From positions 1,275 through 65,274 of the forward strand of contig JAFTRA010000006.1 of assembly GCA_017462485.1 (NCBI GenBank): 64,000 bases of DNA, given 5' to 3'. The translations under genes were made by a program, and so were the position numbers. Positions 18,079 through 28,054 of the stretch are shown one piece after another. This DNA is from Clostridia bacterium. GTDB taxonomy: Bacteria; Bacillota; Clostridia; Oscillospirales; CAG-272. The notes under the pieces are model-generated. The model was given only the letters and a program-made list of their open reading frames with translations, was not told the origin of the DNA and searched no databases. How positions within the stretch are numbered: position 1 is the first letter of the stretch; each line of letters opens with the position of its first letter.

Positions 18079-21000
18079 ATGAAGCGAAAACTGATTATAC
18101 TAATTTTCTCTACGTTGCTTGTAGGAATAATTTTCACGCTCTCTGCACTTGCCGCATCCGAAGAAGATAGCGGTATTACGTTTACGAGCAATGATTATTA
18201 TCAAAGCATTAACAATTTGGATTCGGTCCCATTGACCTTTGAGGCTTGGGTTAAGGTTTCAAAAGATGCCCCCGACGGAACTAAGATAGGTGCCATCGTG
18301 GGAACGTACGATGGTGCGGCAAACGGCGACGACTCTATCAACCTTGAGATAGTTGAAAACGGAGCTCCGAAAATTTATATAAGACCGTATGACTCTCAAA
18401 CGGGTAAGGATGGTGATATTCAAGTTATCTTCCCGAACGTTGATATGAGAACCGGTAGTATTACGCATCTTGCAATTACGCTTGACCCTGCTAACAACAG
18501 GGCGTATTGCTACGTTGACGGTGAGCTAAAAGAAACCTACGTGGGATTAAAATATTGGTGGGACTCCGCCAACAATACATACGCAGGTGGCAAATCCCAC
18601 AACACTATGGATATAACGGAGCTTGCCGATTTCAGCGTTATGAATAACGTTGCTCTCGGAAGAGATCACAGAACAGGAAGCGCTAATGCCGTGCTTAACA
18701 GCAATTACGCGGAGGTTTATTCGGTGGCTCTCTATTCCAAAATGCTTGACCAGAATACCATCGCGAAAAATATGCAGAGTGAAGATTACACCGCTGACTC
18801 TCTTTTGATGGCGTATAATCTCACTGCCGAAGGTAAGGAAAGACTTAAGGATAATTCCTCGAATGAAAACCACCTTTATTACACAAATCTTACCGACTCA
18901 AAGCTTAATGATTACTATAAGGATTCGGGAATAAGATTTACAAATAACGATTATTATCAGAGCGTTAATACGCTTACCTCTCTTACTTTAACATTTGAAG
19001 CTTGGGTTAAGGTTTCAAAGGCTCCTGACGGAACAAAAATAGGGCCTATACTCGGAATGTACGATGCCAATGCAAACGGTGATGACGCTATTAACTTTGA
19101 AATAGCCGAAAACGGTGCTCCGAAAATCTACATAAAGCCATTCGATGAGAATACCGGAAAAGATGCCGACGCTATTCAGGTTATTTTCCCCACCATTGAT
19201 ATGAGAGATTACGAAAATATCGCTCATCTCGCAATTACGCTTGACCCTGCTAACAACAAGGCGTATTGCTACGTTAACGGTGAACTAAAAGAAACCTACG
19301 TGGGATTAAAATATTGGTGGGACTCCGCCAGCAATACATACGCAGGTGGCAAATCCTACAACACTATGGATATAACGGATCTTGCCGATTTCAGCGTTAT
19401 GAATAACGTTGCTCTCGGAAGAGATCACAGAACAGGAAACTCTATATATACTCTCAACAGCGATTACGCGGAGGTTTATTCGGTAGCTCTTTATTCCGAA
19501 ATGCTTGACCAGAATACCATCGCGAAAAATATGCATAGCAAAGATTACACCTCCGACTCTCTTTTGATGGCGTATGATCTTACTGCCGAAGGCAAGGAAA
19601 GACTTAAGGATAATTCCTCGAATAAAAACCACCTTTATTACACAAATCTTACCGACTCAAAGCTTAATGATTACTACAAGGATTCGGGAATAAAATTTAC
19701 AAATAACGATTATTATCAGAGCGTTAATACGCTTGACTCGATTCCTTTGACCTTTGAAGCTTGGGTTAAGGTGAATTCAAGCACGCCCGACGGACAAGAA
19801 ATCGGTCCCGTTATTGGAATGTACGACGGTTCGTCAAACGGAGATGACGCTATCAACCTTATTATCGCAGAAAACGGTGCTCCGAAAATCTACATAAAAC
19901 CCTACGATGAGTCCAGCGGCAAGGATATAACTGATATTCAGGTTATTTTCCCCACTGTTGATATGAGAGATTATGAAAATATCGCTCATCTTGCAATTAC
20001 GCTTGACCCTACTAACAACAAGGCGTATTGCTACGTTAACGGAGAGCGTAAAGCAACCTACTCGGGAGAAAAATATTGGTGGAACGGCAACGCATTCCAA
20101 GAAAGCGGTAGCACTATAACCATAGCTTCTCTTTTCGACTTCGGAGTTATGAATAACGTTGCTATCGGAAGAGATCACAGAACAGGAAACTCCCTTTACA
20201 AGCTTAACAGCGATTATGCAGAGCTTTATTCGGTAGCTATATATTCCGAAATGCTTGACCAGAATACCATCGCGAAGAATATGCAGAGTGAAGATTACAC
20301 CTCCGACTCTCTTATTATAGCGTATGATCTCACTGCCGAAGGCAAGGAAAGACTTAAGGACCTTTCCTTGTGCGGAAACAATCTTTGCTATTCAAATACC
20401 GAAACTACAGCCCTTACGGAGTGGTACGGCGATGAAAACAGCGGCTTCGATTTCTCTGCTGAAAAGCTCTACAGAAACGACGATATAGTAACCGATACTC
20501 CTCTGACGTTTGAAGCTACCGTCTTCTTCCCCAGGGCAAACAAAATAAACGTTGCGGGCGGAGTTATAGTAGGAAACCGCGGATACGATAAGCGCGCTAT
20601 CAGCTTTGAAATAAGCTCAAATGGCGCTCCTACGCTCGTTTGGGTAGATGATGACGGCAGTACTATCAACACCTTTACGTTTGATAAGGTTTCCGTTTAT
20701 ACGGGTGAAGAAACCACCGTAACGGTTACTATAGACAAGGATTCAAACAAAGTTTTATGCTACGTAAACGGTGAACTTGAGCAATCTATTGCTTACCAAA
20801 GCATTACGTTCACTTCCTGCTTCTCCGCGTTTACTATCGGCGGTGATTACAGGAAAAACAACAAATTCACCTTTAACGGAAAGCTCTTATCCTGCGCGGT
20901 TTATTCTTCTACTCTTACCGCCGAGCAAATAAGCGCCAATCTTAACGAAACCGAAACAGATAATCTGCTTTTTGCTTATGATTACGCTGATTCTGTAGAA

Positions 21001-22779
21001 AACGGCGCATATCCCGAAAGACTTAAGGATATAAGCGAAAACGGAAACGACGCTATCGTTCCCGTGTACTTCATAGGAGATACTTTGGATAGTAATTTTG
21101 AGGCAGCTTACTCCTTTGCGGTAGTAGGAGATACTCAATCAGTGACCTATTATTACCCGGATAAGCTCTCCTCTATCTACGATTGGATACTCGCAAATAT
21201 TGACGAAAAAAATATCAAATTCGTTATGGGACTCGGTGACGTCACCGAAAAGAACTCAGACACCGAATGGGCTGCCGCAACCCTGCAATTCCAAAAGCTC
21301 CACGGTACTATTCCCTATTCGGTTGCCGTAGGAAATCACGATTCCGCAGCGAAGCTTACGAATTATCTTTCAACTATCGGATACGGAGATATCCTTTCGG
21401 GAAAATTCGGAAACGACCTTGCCAATACTTATCAATTCCTTACCGTAGGGAATGTTAAATATCTTATCTTCACTCTCGACTGCGGAGCATCCGACGAGGT
21501 TCTTGAATGGGCAAGCGGAGTTATTTCCGCAAATTCAGATTGCAACGTTATAATTACGACTCACGCTTATCTTTTCAGAGACGGAACCACTCTTGACTCC
21601 TCCGACCCTTATAACGTTACCGCATACGGATACAGCAACGACGGAAGCGATATATGGGATAAGCTCGTTTCAAAGCACGACAATATAGTGCTCGTTCTTT
21701 CGGGACATATAACCAGTGACGAAATCGTAACCGCGAAGCACGTAGGAAAGAACGGAAACGTCGTTACCGAGCTTATGATAAATCCTCAGGATTACGACGC
21801 CAGATATTCTCCCCTCGGTCTTGTGACTATGCTTTACTTCTCTGAAGACGGAACTAAAGTGCGCGTTGAATCCTACTCAACTATTGAAAAGCAGTACTTT
21901 ATGTACGAAAACCAGTTCGAAACTACTATTGATTCGGTTGAAACGGAAGCTCCTGCATCAAGCTTCAAGCCCCTAGCTAACATAACTCTCAGCGCAAACA
22001 TAGGTTACAATATATACGTTCCCGCTGTGAAGTCGCTTTTGAAATTTACCGTTGACAATGACGAATACACCGATTTCTCCGAGCTTGAAACCAAAATTAT
22101 AGACGGAATCGAATATTACGTGATCAGAACTTCTCTTGCTTCCGGCGAAGCTGCGAGAAATATTAAGCTCAAGGTATGGATTAAAAACGGGAACGACACT
22201 GTTACGGGAACCTTCACATTCAACCTTGCTAAATACGCGGTTAAGGTGCTTAACGGCGAAGATGAAGAGGAAAAAGCTCTTATTATGGACGTGCTTGCAT
22301 ACGTAAAGGCAGCATACGATTACTTTAACGGTGAAAGCCTTTCCGAAATTGACGAGCTCTTAAGTCAATACAGCGCTTCCCCTACTATAGAAGGCTCAGC
22401 CGAAATCCCAAATTGTCCTGCTCTTTCCGAAATAACGATGCAGCTGGCTGAAGATCCCGCAATGATATTCTATCTTGCCGATGGATATACGAAAGACGAC
22501 TTTACGTTTAAGGTATCCGGTAGAAATGTTGAAGCAAAGGAGATTATCTCTGACAGAGGACGTTACCTTGCAGTTACGCTTTACGCTTACGGTATGTGCG
22601 AAACTATTGAATTCACCGTTGGCGGAGTGACATATACGTATCATATAAACGCCTATTATAACTTTGCTTTGGGAGAAAACGACGCAAAGCTCACAAACCT
22701 CGTTCTATCCTTCTGGAAATACTGCCAGAGCGCAAGAGATTATAAAACTTACGTAACAAGTAAATCAGGAGGCAATTAA
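18079..22779 (+). CDS. Giant secreted multidomain protein: signal peptide, four LamG/ConA-like lectin domains (three near-identical), a calcineurin-like metallophosphoesterase domain and a C-terminal domain of unknown function
   Basis: The signal peptide is MKRKLIILIFSTLLVGIIFTLSALAAS. LamG_3-like signatures recur (TFEAWVKV ... NGAPKIYI ... CYVDGELK ... VALYS..L....I). Metallophosphoesterase motifs are VVGDTQ, GLGDVTE, GNHD, TTHAY and SGHI. Confidence 0.8.
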   Translation: MKRKLIILIFSTLLVGIIFTLSALAASEEDSGITFTSNDYYQSINNLDSVPLTFEAWVKVSKDAPDGTKIGAIVGTYDGAANGDDSINLEIVENGAPKIYIRPYDSQTGKDGDIQVIFPNVDMRTGSITHLAITLDPANNRAYCYVDGELKETYVGLKYWWDSANNTYAGGKSHNTMDITELADFSVMNNVALGRDHRTGSANAVLNSNYAEVYSVALYSKMLDQNTIAKNMQSEDYTADSLLMAYNLTAEGKERLKDNSSNENHLYYTNLTDSKLNDYYKDSGIRFTNNDYYQSVNTLTSLTLTFEAWVKVSKAPDGTKIGPILGMYDANANGDDAINFEIAENGAPKIYIKPFDENTGKDADAIQVIFPTIDMRDYENIAHLAITLDPANNKAYCYVNGELKETYVGLKYWWDSASNTYAGGKSYNTMDITDLADFSVMNNVALGRDHRTGNSIYTLNSDYAEVYSVALYSEMLDQNTIAKNMHSKDYTSDSLLMAYDLTAEGKERLKDNSSNKNHLYYTNLTDSKLNDYYKDSGIKFTNNDYYQSVNTLDSIPLTFEAWVKVNSSTPDGQEIGPVIGMYDGSSNGDDAINLIIAENGAPKIYIKPYDESSGKDITDIQVIFPTVDMRDYENIAHLAITLDPTNNKAYCYVNGERKATYSGEKYWWNGNAFQESGSTITIASLFDFGVMNNVAIGRDHRTGNSLYKLNSDYAELYSVAIYSEMLDQNTIAKNMQSEDYTSDSLIIAYDLTAEGKERLKDLSLCGNNLCYSNTETTALTEWYGDENSGFDFSAEKLYRNDDIVTDTPLTFEATVFFPRANKINVAGGVIVGNRGYDKRAISFEISSNGAPTLVWVDDDGSTINTFTFDKVSVYTGEETTVTVTIDKDSNKVLCYVNGELEQSIAYQSITFTSCFSAFTIGGDYRKNNKFTFNGKLLSCAVYSSTLTAEQISANLNETETDNLLFAYDYADSVENGAYPERLKDISENGNDAIVPVYFIGDTLDSNFEAAYSFAVVGDTQSVTYYYPDKLSSIYDWILANIDEKNIKFVMGLGDVTEKNSDTEWAAATLQFQKLHGTIPYSVAVGNHDSAAKLTNYLSTIGYGDILSGKFGNDLANTYQFLTVGNVKYLIFTLDCGASDEVLEWASGVISANSDCNVIITTHAYLFRDGTTLDSSDPYNVTAYGYSNDGSDIWDKLVSKHDNIVLVLSGHITSDEIVTAKHVGKNGNVVTELMINPQDYDARYSPLGLVTMLYFSEDGTKVRVESYSTIEKQYFMYENQFETTIDSVETEAPASSFKPLANITLSANIGYNIYVPAVKSLLKFTVDNDEYTDFSELETKIIDGIEYYVIRTSLASGEAARNIKLKVWIKNGNDTVTGTFTFNLAKYAVKVLNGEDEEEKALIMDVLAYVKAAYDYFNGESLSEIDELLSQYSASPTIEGSAEIPNCPALSEITMQLAEDPAMIFYLADGYTKDDFTFKVSGRNVEAKEIISDRGRYLAVTLYAYGMCETIEFTVGGVTYTYHINAYYNFALGENDAKLTNLVLSFWKYCQSARDYKTYVTSKSGGN
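18169..20430 (+). repeat. Three in-frame tandem repeats of 756-759 bp inside the giant gene
   Basis: Repeat units start at 18169, 18925 and 19684, at SGITF, SGIRF and SGIKF. Long stretches are identical at the DNA level, for example 18870-18990 against 19629-19750. The antisense shadow ORFs also recur with a 759-nt offset. Confidence 0.9.
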
Positions 22780-22780
22780 A

Positions 22781-22921
22781 ATGAAAAAATATCGAAATCC
22801 CGAAATTGAAATAATCGAAGTTGCTTCCGAAGACGTTATTACGACTTCTCCGGGTACGGAAACCTCAACGCAAGACGACTGGGACGGAAGTTGGGAAATA
22901 TCAAGCGCGGTAGAACTTTAA
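22781..22921 (+). CDS. Unannotated 46-aa acidic micro-protein, translationally coupled to the giant gene
   Basis: The ATG lies 1 nt after the TAA of the 1566-aa ORF, with an AGGAGG RBS 8 nt upstream. The product is MKKYRNPEIEIIEVASEDVITTSPGTETSTQDDWDGSWEISSAVEL. A terminator follows at 22951-22980. It is below the 60-aa cut-off of the ORF track. Confidence 0.55.
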   Translation: MKKYRNPEIEIIEVASEDVITTSPGTETSTQDDWDGSWEISSAVEL

Positions 22922-22950
22922 AGCGCAATTAATTTTTTACTTTAAAAAAA

Positions 22951-22980
22951 CGCCTCGGAGGGCATTATTCCTTCGAGGCG
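22951..22980. terminator. Bidirectional terminator between the giant-gene operon and the GH38 gene
   Basis: The hairpin is CGCCTCGGAGG-loop-CCTTCGAGGCG, with an A-run before it and a T-rich tract after it. Confidence 0.6.
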
Positions 22981-23012
22981 GTTCTTTATGTTTTTGTTGT
23001 TGATTTTTAATA

Positions 23013-25403
23013 TCATGCGTCGAACTCGGTCAATAGAACCTCGCGCCATTCACTCTCACCGTCGGCAAGATAATAAGTGCTTATGCTATACGGAGATATT
23101 TCGGCTGAGAGAGCATGCGGCAAAAGAGCTCCACTTATCTTGAGCTTCGTCTGCTTTCCTTCCGTTTCATAAACACGAATTACCGTTCCCTTACCGTCTT
23201 CCGAGCGCTTTATCGCTGATATCTCTACGTTTTTAGAGTTAGATACGATTCCTCTATACTTGCCAGCGAGGTTACCGTTATGGTTATTTTCGAGTACTAC
23301 GTCAACGCGTGTATTAAGCTTTCCTGCCTCTCGTATAACCTCACTAAAGCCTTCTCCGTTGATTTTCATAAACGAGTACTCAAATTTATGCTCACCCTGA
23401 TCGGTGAATACGCATCTATCGTCAGGCGTGCGTCCGTGGTCAGCATAATACGGACTTCTTACAGCGGTCAAATACATTGTGTTTCCATTAGCCGAGAAGC
23501 TGTATTTATTGGAATTTAAAATAGAGTAGCCGTTGATATTATCCTTAAGAGCAATCCATCTCTGACCGCTCTCCTCTTCTCCGTCGGACGGGCGCTTTAT
23601 AACGCCAAACGGAATCTCGTAATACGCTTCGGGATTTTCAAGCGCGGTATCAAAGGCTATCTTAAGCATTTTATGCTCCTCGTGGAAATCAACCCAGGCG
23701 CTCACCTCAAGAATTTTACTACCCGAAGCAAGCGAGAAGCTTTGCTTCAAAACCGACTTGTTATATCTTGACTCCACCATAACGGTTGCCCTTATCGGAC
23801 CTTCCTCAAGAACGGTTATTTTTGCATCTCTAAATCTTCCTATTTCATTCGTAAAGAAATTCTTTCCGTGCGACCACGTATCATGCCCGCTCTCATCGAT
23901 AACGATTGGAACAGCGCCTAATCCCGAGAGCATTTCAGTTGCATTCTCTTTATCGAAAATACTCTTTATATATCCGCTTTTGCTATCAAACTCGACCTTG
24001 ATATACTCATTTTCCAACGAGGTATCGGTAACGCGGAGATTATTTTCAAAGCTTGACGTGGGAGTATCCTTAATATAATAAACCGCATATCCCATAGCGG
24101 GAACGTGGGCTTTAAATAAGGTATCGCTCTTACCATAAGTCAGATATGCCGCCGAATGAACGTACTGAATCGGTATCTCTTGTCCTTCCGGAGATAAAAC
24201 AGAGCTGAGCTGCTTATTTATTTTAACAAGACATTCATTATCAAACGGCAGTGTATTGAAGATAACTATAGGATATCCGCGCTCTGCATCGGAGGTATCG
24301 ATAGCCCAAGAAATTGTCTGATAAGCGCTGTTTTTTACTTTTTCTGCCCTCGAAATACTTTCACCGAGCATATATGAAGCATCGGTATAAGCCTCTTCTA
24401 TTGAGCAACCGCCTATGATGTCATGGAAATGGCAAAACAGCACGTTCTGCCAAGCATTTCCTATCTCGTCCGTTGCGTATTTCTTTCCGGTGAGATTTGC
24501 AGCAATCATATTTGCCGTTTCAGCCGAAATCAAAGCGTTTTCGCTCCTTCTCACCAGGTTTTTAATGAGTGATACAGCAGAATAGCATCCCGATGCGTGA
24601 TGCTGAAGATCATCCTCATAAACGTAAAGCTCACTGCTTTTTCCCTTTACGCTTTCAAAATAATCGAGTATATCCGAGAAAATATACTCTCTGTCGGGAT
24701 GATTTCCGGCACTTTCCTTGATTATATTTATATTCTGCTTCGTAGGTCCGCCTCCGTGATTTCCTACACCGTAAAACACGGGGAAGCTTTCGCTTTCATC
24801 AGGCATATAAGAATCAAGTTTTTCTATCTTCTCTTCAAGCTCCTCGATAGATTGCATATTGTAGCAATAAGGCTCGTTTATTCTATGAGCTATGACATCA
24901 GAGCCGTCGGGCGAGCGCCAACGGAAAAGATTAGCGGGCAGAGCGTTTTCGTGAGGTCCGGGACGCATGAAGATATAATAGTCCATACCGCTCTTTTTAA
25001 GAATCGCGGGCAACATAAGATTATGTCCGAATGAATCTACGTTGTAGCCTATCTTTGCCGTTTTGCCAAATCGGTCATAGAAATATCGCTGAGAATAAAG
25101 GCTCTGACGGGCAAACCCCTCTCCCGACGGAAGATTGCAGTCAGGCTGAACAAACTGACCTCCGACTATGATAAACCGTCCTTCCTCTATTTTCTCTTTC
25201 ATCTCCTCAAACATTTGAGGAGCAAAATCCTCTATGTATTTATAAACCGACGCCGAGGAGCAAACGAATTTAAAATCGGGATACTCCTTCATTCTGTCAA
25301 GCGCACTTCTCACGGTAGCCTTAGCCTCAGCTGAGCCCTCTTGCCATCTCCACATCCACACGGGATCAAGATGCGCATTTCCTATAAAATAATATTTTTT
25401 CAA
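23013..25403 (-). CDS. Alpha-mannosidase, glycoside hydrolase family 38
   Basis: The N-terminus is YFIGNAHLDPVWMWRWQEG, followed by GYNVDSFGH. At 796 aa the length and layout are typical of bacterial GH38 enzymes. Confidence 0.85.
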   Translation of the reverse strand: MKKYYFIGNAHLDPVWMWRWQEGSAEAKATVRSALDRMKEYPDFKFVCSSASVYKYIEDFAPQMFEEMKEKIEEGRFIIVGGQFVQPDCNLPSGEGFARQSLYSQRYFYDRFGKTAKIGYNVDSFGHNLMLPAILKKSGMDYYIFMRPGPHENALPANLFRWRSPDGSDVIAHRINEPYCYNMQSIEELEEKIEKLDSYMPDESESFPVFYGVGNHGGGPTKQNINIIKESAGNHPDREYIFSDILDYFESVKGKSSELYVYEDDLQHHASGCYSAVSLIKNLVRRSENALISAETANMIAANLTGKKYATDEIGNAWQNVLFCHFHDIIGGCSIEEAYTDASYMLGESISRAEKVKNSAYQTISWAIDTSDAERGYPIVIFNTLPFDNECLVKINKQLSSVLSPEGQEIPIQYVHSAAYLTYGKSDTLFKAHVPAMGYAVYYIKDTPTSSFENNLRVTDTSLENEYIKVEFDSKSGYIKSIFDKENATEMLSGLGAVPIVIDESGHDTWSHGKNFFTNEIGRFRDAKITVLEEGPIRATVMVESRYNKSVLKQSFSLASGSKILEVSAWVDFHEEHKMLKIAFDTALENPEAYYEIPFGVIKRPSDGEEESGQRWIALKDNINGYSILNSNKYSFSANGNTMYLTAVRSPYYADHGRTPDDRCVFTDQGEHKFEYSFMKINGEGFSEVIREAGKLNTRVDVVLENNHNGNLAGKYRGIVSNSKNVEISAIKRSEDGKGTVIRVYETEGKQTKLKISGALLPHALSAEISPYSISTYYLADGESEWREVLLTEFDA

Positions 25404-25591
25404 GCTTGCTTACTCCTTGCTTTATTTTAAGTTTATTATACTTCTTGCCCTATGTAAATTCTTCCATAATATTAACAATTCATTATTGTATTCTACGATT
25501 TAGCGTAATGATTTCTATTTTTCTAAGAAATTACTTTACTTTCTCGTAAGTCTATAGTAAAATATACTCAAACACCGAGGTGATAGAAGAA

Positions 25592-26413
25592 ATGAAATAT
25601 GAATTTTTTACTAATGAAAATTACGTAAGTAAAGTACACCACATTTCCGCCTCAGAAAAAATACTGCGCGGAAAAACAGATCCTCATTTCCACGAATTCT
25701 TTGAAATGGAACTGATTACGGAAGGTAACGGAAAGCACGAAATAAACGGAAACGAAAAAGAACTGAAAAAAGGAAGCATTTATTTTTTGCCTCCCGGTAA
25801 TTTCCATAGAATATTCTGCACTCCCGAGCTTAAAGTTATAAACATAATGTTTGACGAAAGCATTATATCGAGCGAGCTTCAAGCAAAGCTTTTGGACAGC
25901 AACGCAAGCTTATGCGCAGTCTTTAACGAAGAGGAGCTTTCCGACGTTATTGCCATAGCAAAACAGCTTATAGAGGAAATTAACGCTCCCGATAATTATA
26001 CCGCGCATTATTCCGCAAACCTGCTTAACTGCATACTCATAAAGATAATGAGAAAAGCGGAGGTTCTTCCATTTTCGGATATAAAAGGCAAATATGAGGC
26101 AATAAATACCGCTATAAACTATCTTTATAAAAACTTCAAAGATGCTCCTACGCTGGACGAGCTTGCAAAAATGTGCGGATACAGCCCGAATTATTTTAGA
26201 AAGCTCTTTATAGATCTGACAGGAAAATGCTATACGGATTTCGTAAACGCCTTGAAGGTTTCTTACGCAAAGGTGCTTCTTGCGTCAAACAATATGACAG
26301 TTTCCGAAATAGCCTTTGATTGCGGATTTACCTCACTTTCAAACTTTTACCGCGTATTTCATAGCGAAACCGGGCTCTCTCCTCTTGAATATCGAAATAA
26401 AATAGTGCCTTAA
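25592..26413 (+). CDS. AraC family transcriptional regulator
   Basis: The protein has a cupin N-terminus and a C-terminal AraC HTH (LDELAKMCGYSPNYFRKLF ... CGFTSLSNFYRVFHSETGLSPLEYR). It is divergent from the GH38 gene. The ATG at 25592 has a GAGGTGA RBS. Confidence 0.85.
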   Translation: MKYEFFTNENYVSKVHHISASEKILRGKTDPHFHEFFEMELITEGNGKHEINGNEKELKKGSIYFLPPGNFHRIFCTPELKVINIMFDESIISSELQAKLLDSNASLCAVFNEEELSDVIAIAKQLIEEINAPDNYTAHYSANLLNCILIKIMRKAEVLPFSDIKGKYEAINTAINYLYKNFKDAPTLDELAKMCGYSPNYFRKLFIDLTGKCYTDFVNALKVSYAKVLLASNNMTVSEIAFDCGFTSLSNFYRVFHSETGLSPLEYRNKIVP

Positions 26414-26522
26414 AATACAAAAAAGCAGAAATAGCAAGAATTATATGACTTCATTTCCTTTTCTTCTTGTTATTTCTGCTTTTTATCTTTTAATCGGTAA
26501 GATTAAGATATCACAAGTGCTG

Positions 26523-27404
26523 CTAAACGCTATGCGCAACCCAAGCTTTATAGCCCTTGCTTATAAGCTCGGTTTTCGCCGATAACGCCTCTTCCATAGT
26601 ATCAAAAAGTGCGAATACCGACGGGCCGCTTCCGCTCATCATAGCCAAGCTTGCGCCAAGCGATAAAAGCTCGTCCTTAAGCGCTTTTGCTTTCGGGCAT
26701 TTTTCAAATATCACCGACTCAAATACGTTATATACGCCTTCTTTTGTTATATTATTCGACGTCAAATCCTCTACTAGTTTTTTATAGCGTTTCTCCCCCT
26801 CGGGTGATGCGTCGTCTTTAAAGTCGTTATACGCAGCGTCAAGCGACTTATACGCTTCGGGAGTTGATACTCTCTCGTCAGCGCCCGCTATAACCGCATT
26901 CAATGATACGTCAGTCTTGATAGGGGTTATTTTTTCTCCTCTGCCCTCGCAAAGCGCAGTTTTCCCTTTTATGCAGTACGGAACGTCACTCCCAAGCTCC
27001 GCTCCCATCTGCAAAAGAGCTTTATTCGTAAACGGTCGGTGATAAAGCTTATTCAATGCTCGAAGCACAGCAGCCGCATCCGATGAGCCGCCCGCAAGTC
27101 CTGCGGAGACGGGTATTCTTTTCTTCAGCCTTACCGTAACGTCAGCGGCTACGCCAAGCCTATCAAAAAACAAAGCTGCAGCCTTATAAGCGATATTTTT
27201 ATCATCCGTCGGTAAAAACCTATTACCGTCTATTAAAATCCGTATGAAGAGCTTTCGTGCGCTCGCAACGGAAACCACGACGTCATCGGACAAGGAAAGC
27301 GAGTGCATTACGGTTTTTATGTCGTGAAAACCGTCTTCTCTTTTGCTTACGACGTCAAGATAAAGGTTTATCTTTGCGTACGCTTTTTCTTTTATGGCAT
27401 TCAT
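26523..27404 (-). CDS. ispE: 4-diphosphocytidyl-2-C-methyl-D-erythritol kinase
   Basis: Contains AYAKINLYLDV and the GHMP kinase motif PVSAGLAGGSSDAAAV. The start was set at the internal Met (MNAIKEK). Confidence 0.9.
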   Translation of the reverse strand: MNAIKEKAYAKINLYLDVVSKREDGFHDIKTVMHSLSLSDDVVVSVASARKLFIRILIDGNRFLPTDDKNIAYKAAALFFDRLGVAADVTVRLKKRIPVSAGLAGGSSDAAAVLRALNKLYHRPFTNKALLQMGAELGSDVPYCIKGKTALCEGRGEKITPIKTDVSLNAVIAGADERVSTPEAYKSLDAAYNDFKDDASPEGEKRYKKLVEDLTSNNITKEGVYNVFESVIFEKCPKAKALKDELLSLGASLAMMSGSGPSVFALFDTMEEALSAKTELISKGYKAWVAHSV

Positions 27405-27549
27405 AAAACTCCCCCTTTCCTTTTTACAATTATAACTTACGGTGTGGATTTTGTCAAGCAAACACGCATTCAAACATATGGTAAATTAATTATAAATACA
27501 AACTGCACTAAATATATTAGTAAAATTTAGATATTTTCTTCAAAAACGC

Positions 27550-27578
27550 TTGACATTTAAGAAAAGTTATGATACAAT
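27550..27578 (+). promoter_or_regulatory. Sigma-A promoter of the rpsF-ssb-rpsR operon
   Basis: TTGACA, a 17-nt spacer, then TGaTACAAT (extended -10). Confidence 0.6.
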
Positions 27579-27661
27579 ACTTTACTGGTGCGAATCGTTT
27601 TGATTCGACTCCTTGCAATTCGGACAGAATTGCCTAATGACCATAAGGAGGTAAAATTCAA

Positions 27662-28030
27662 ATGGAAAACAAGATTTGTTCTTACGAGACCCTCTTCGTT
27701 GTGAGCGGTAACCTTGCTGAAGACGCATACGTTGCTCTCAAGGACAAGTTCGTTACTCTCATCGGTGAAAACTCTTCCGATGTTACTGTTAACGAGTGGG
27801 GCAAGCGCAGACTCGCATATCCTATCAACTACATCACTGAAGGATATTACGTTCTCGTTAATTTCAAGAGCGAACCTAACTTCCCCCGTGAGCTTTCACG
27901 TGTATTCGGTATTACCGAAGGTATCATCCGTTACATGACGACTGCTAAGGAAGTTAAGGCTGCTTCGGCTGTTGCCGAGGAAGTTTCCGTTGAAGAGGTT
28001 GCAGAAGCAACTGAAGCAACTGAAGCATAA
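27662..28030 (+). CDS. rpsF: 30S ribosomal protein S6
   Basis: Contains YETLFVV...WGKRRLAYPI and an acidic C-terminal tail. It sits in the conserved rpsF-ssb-rpsR order. Confidence 0.95.
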   Translation: MENKICSYETLFVVSGNLAEDAYVALKDKFVTLIGENSSDVTVNEWGKRRLAYPINYITEGYYVLVNFKSEPNFPRELSRVFGITEGIIRYMTTAKEVKAASAVAEEVSVEEVAEATEATEA

Positions 28031-28054
28031 TTAAACTAAATTTGGAGGCATAAA

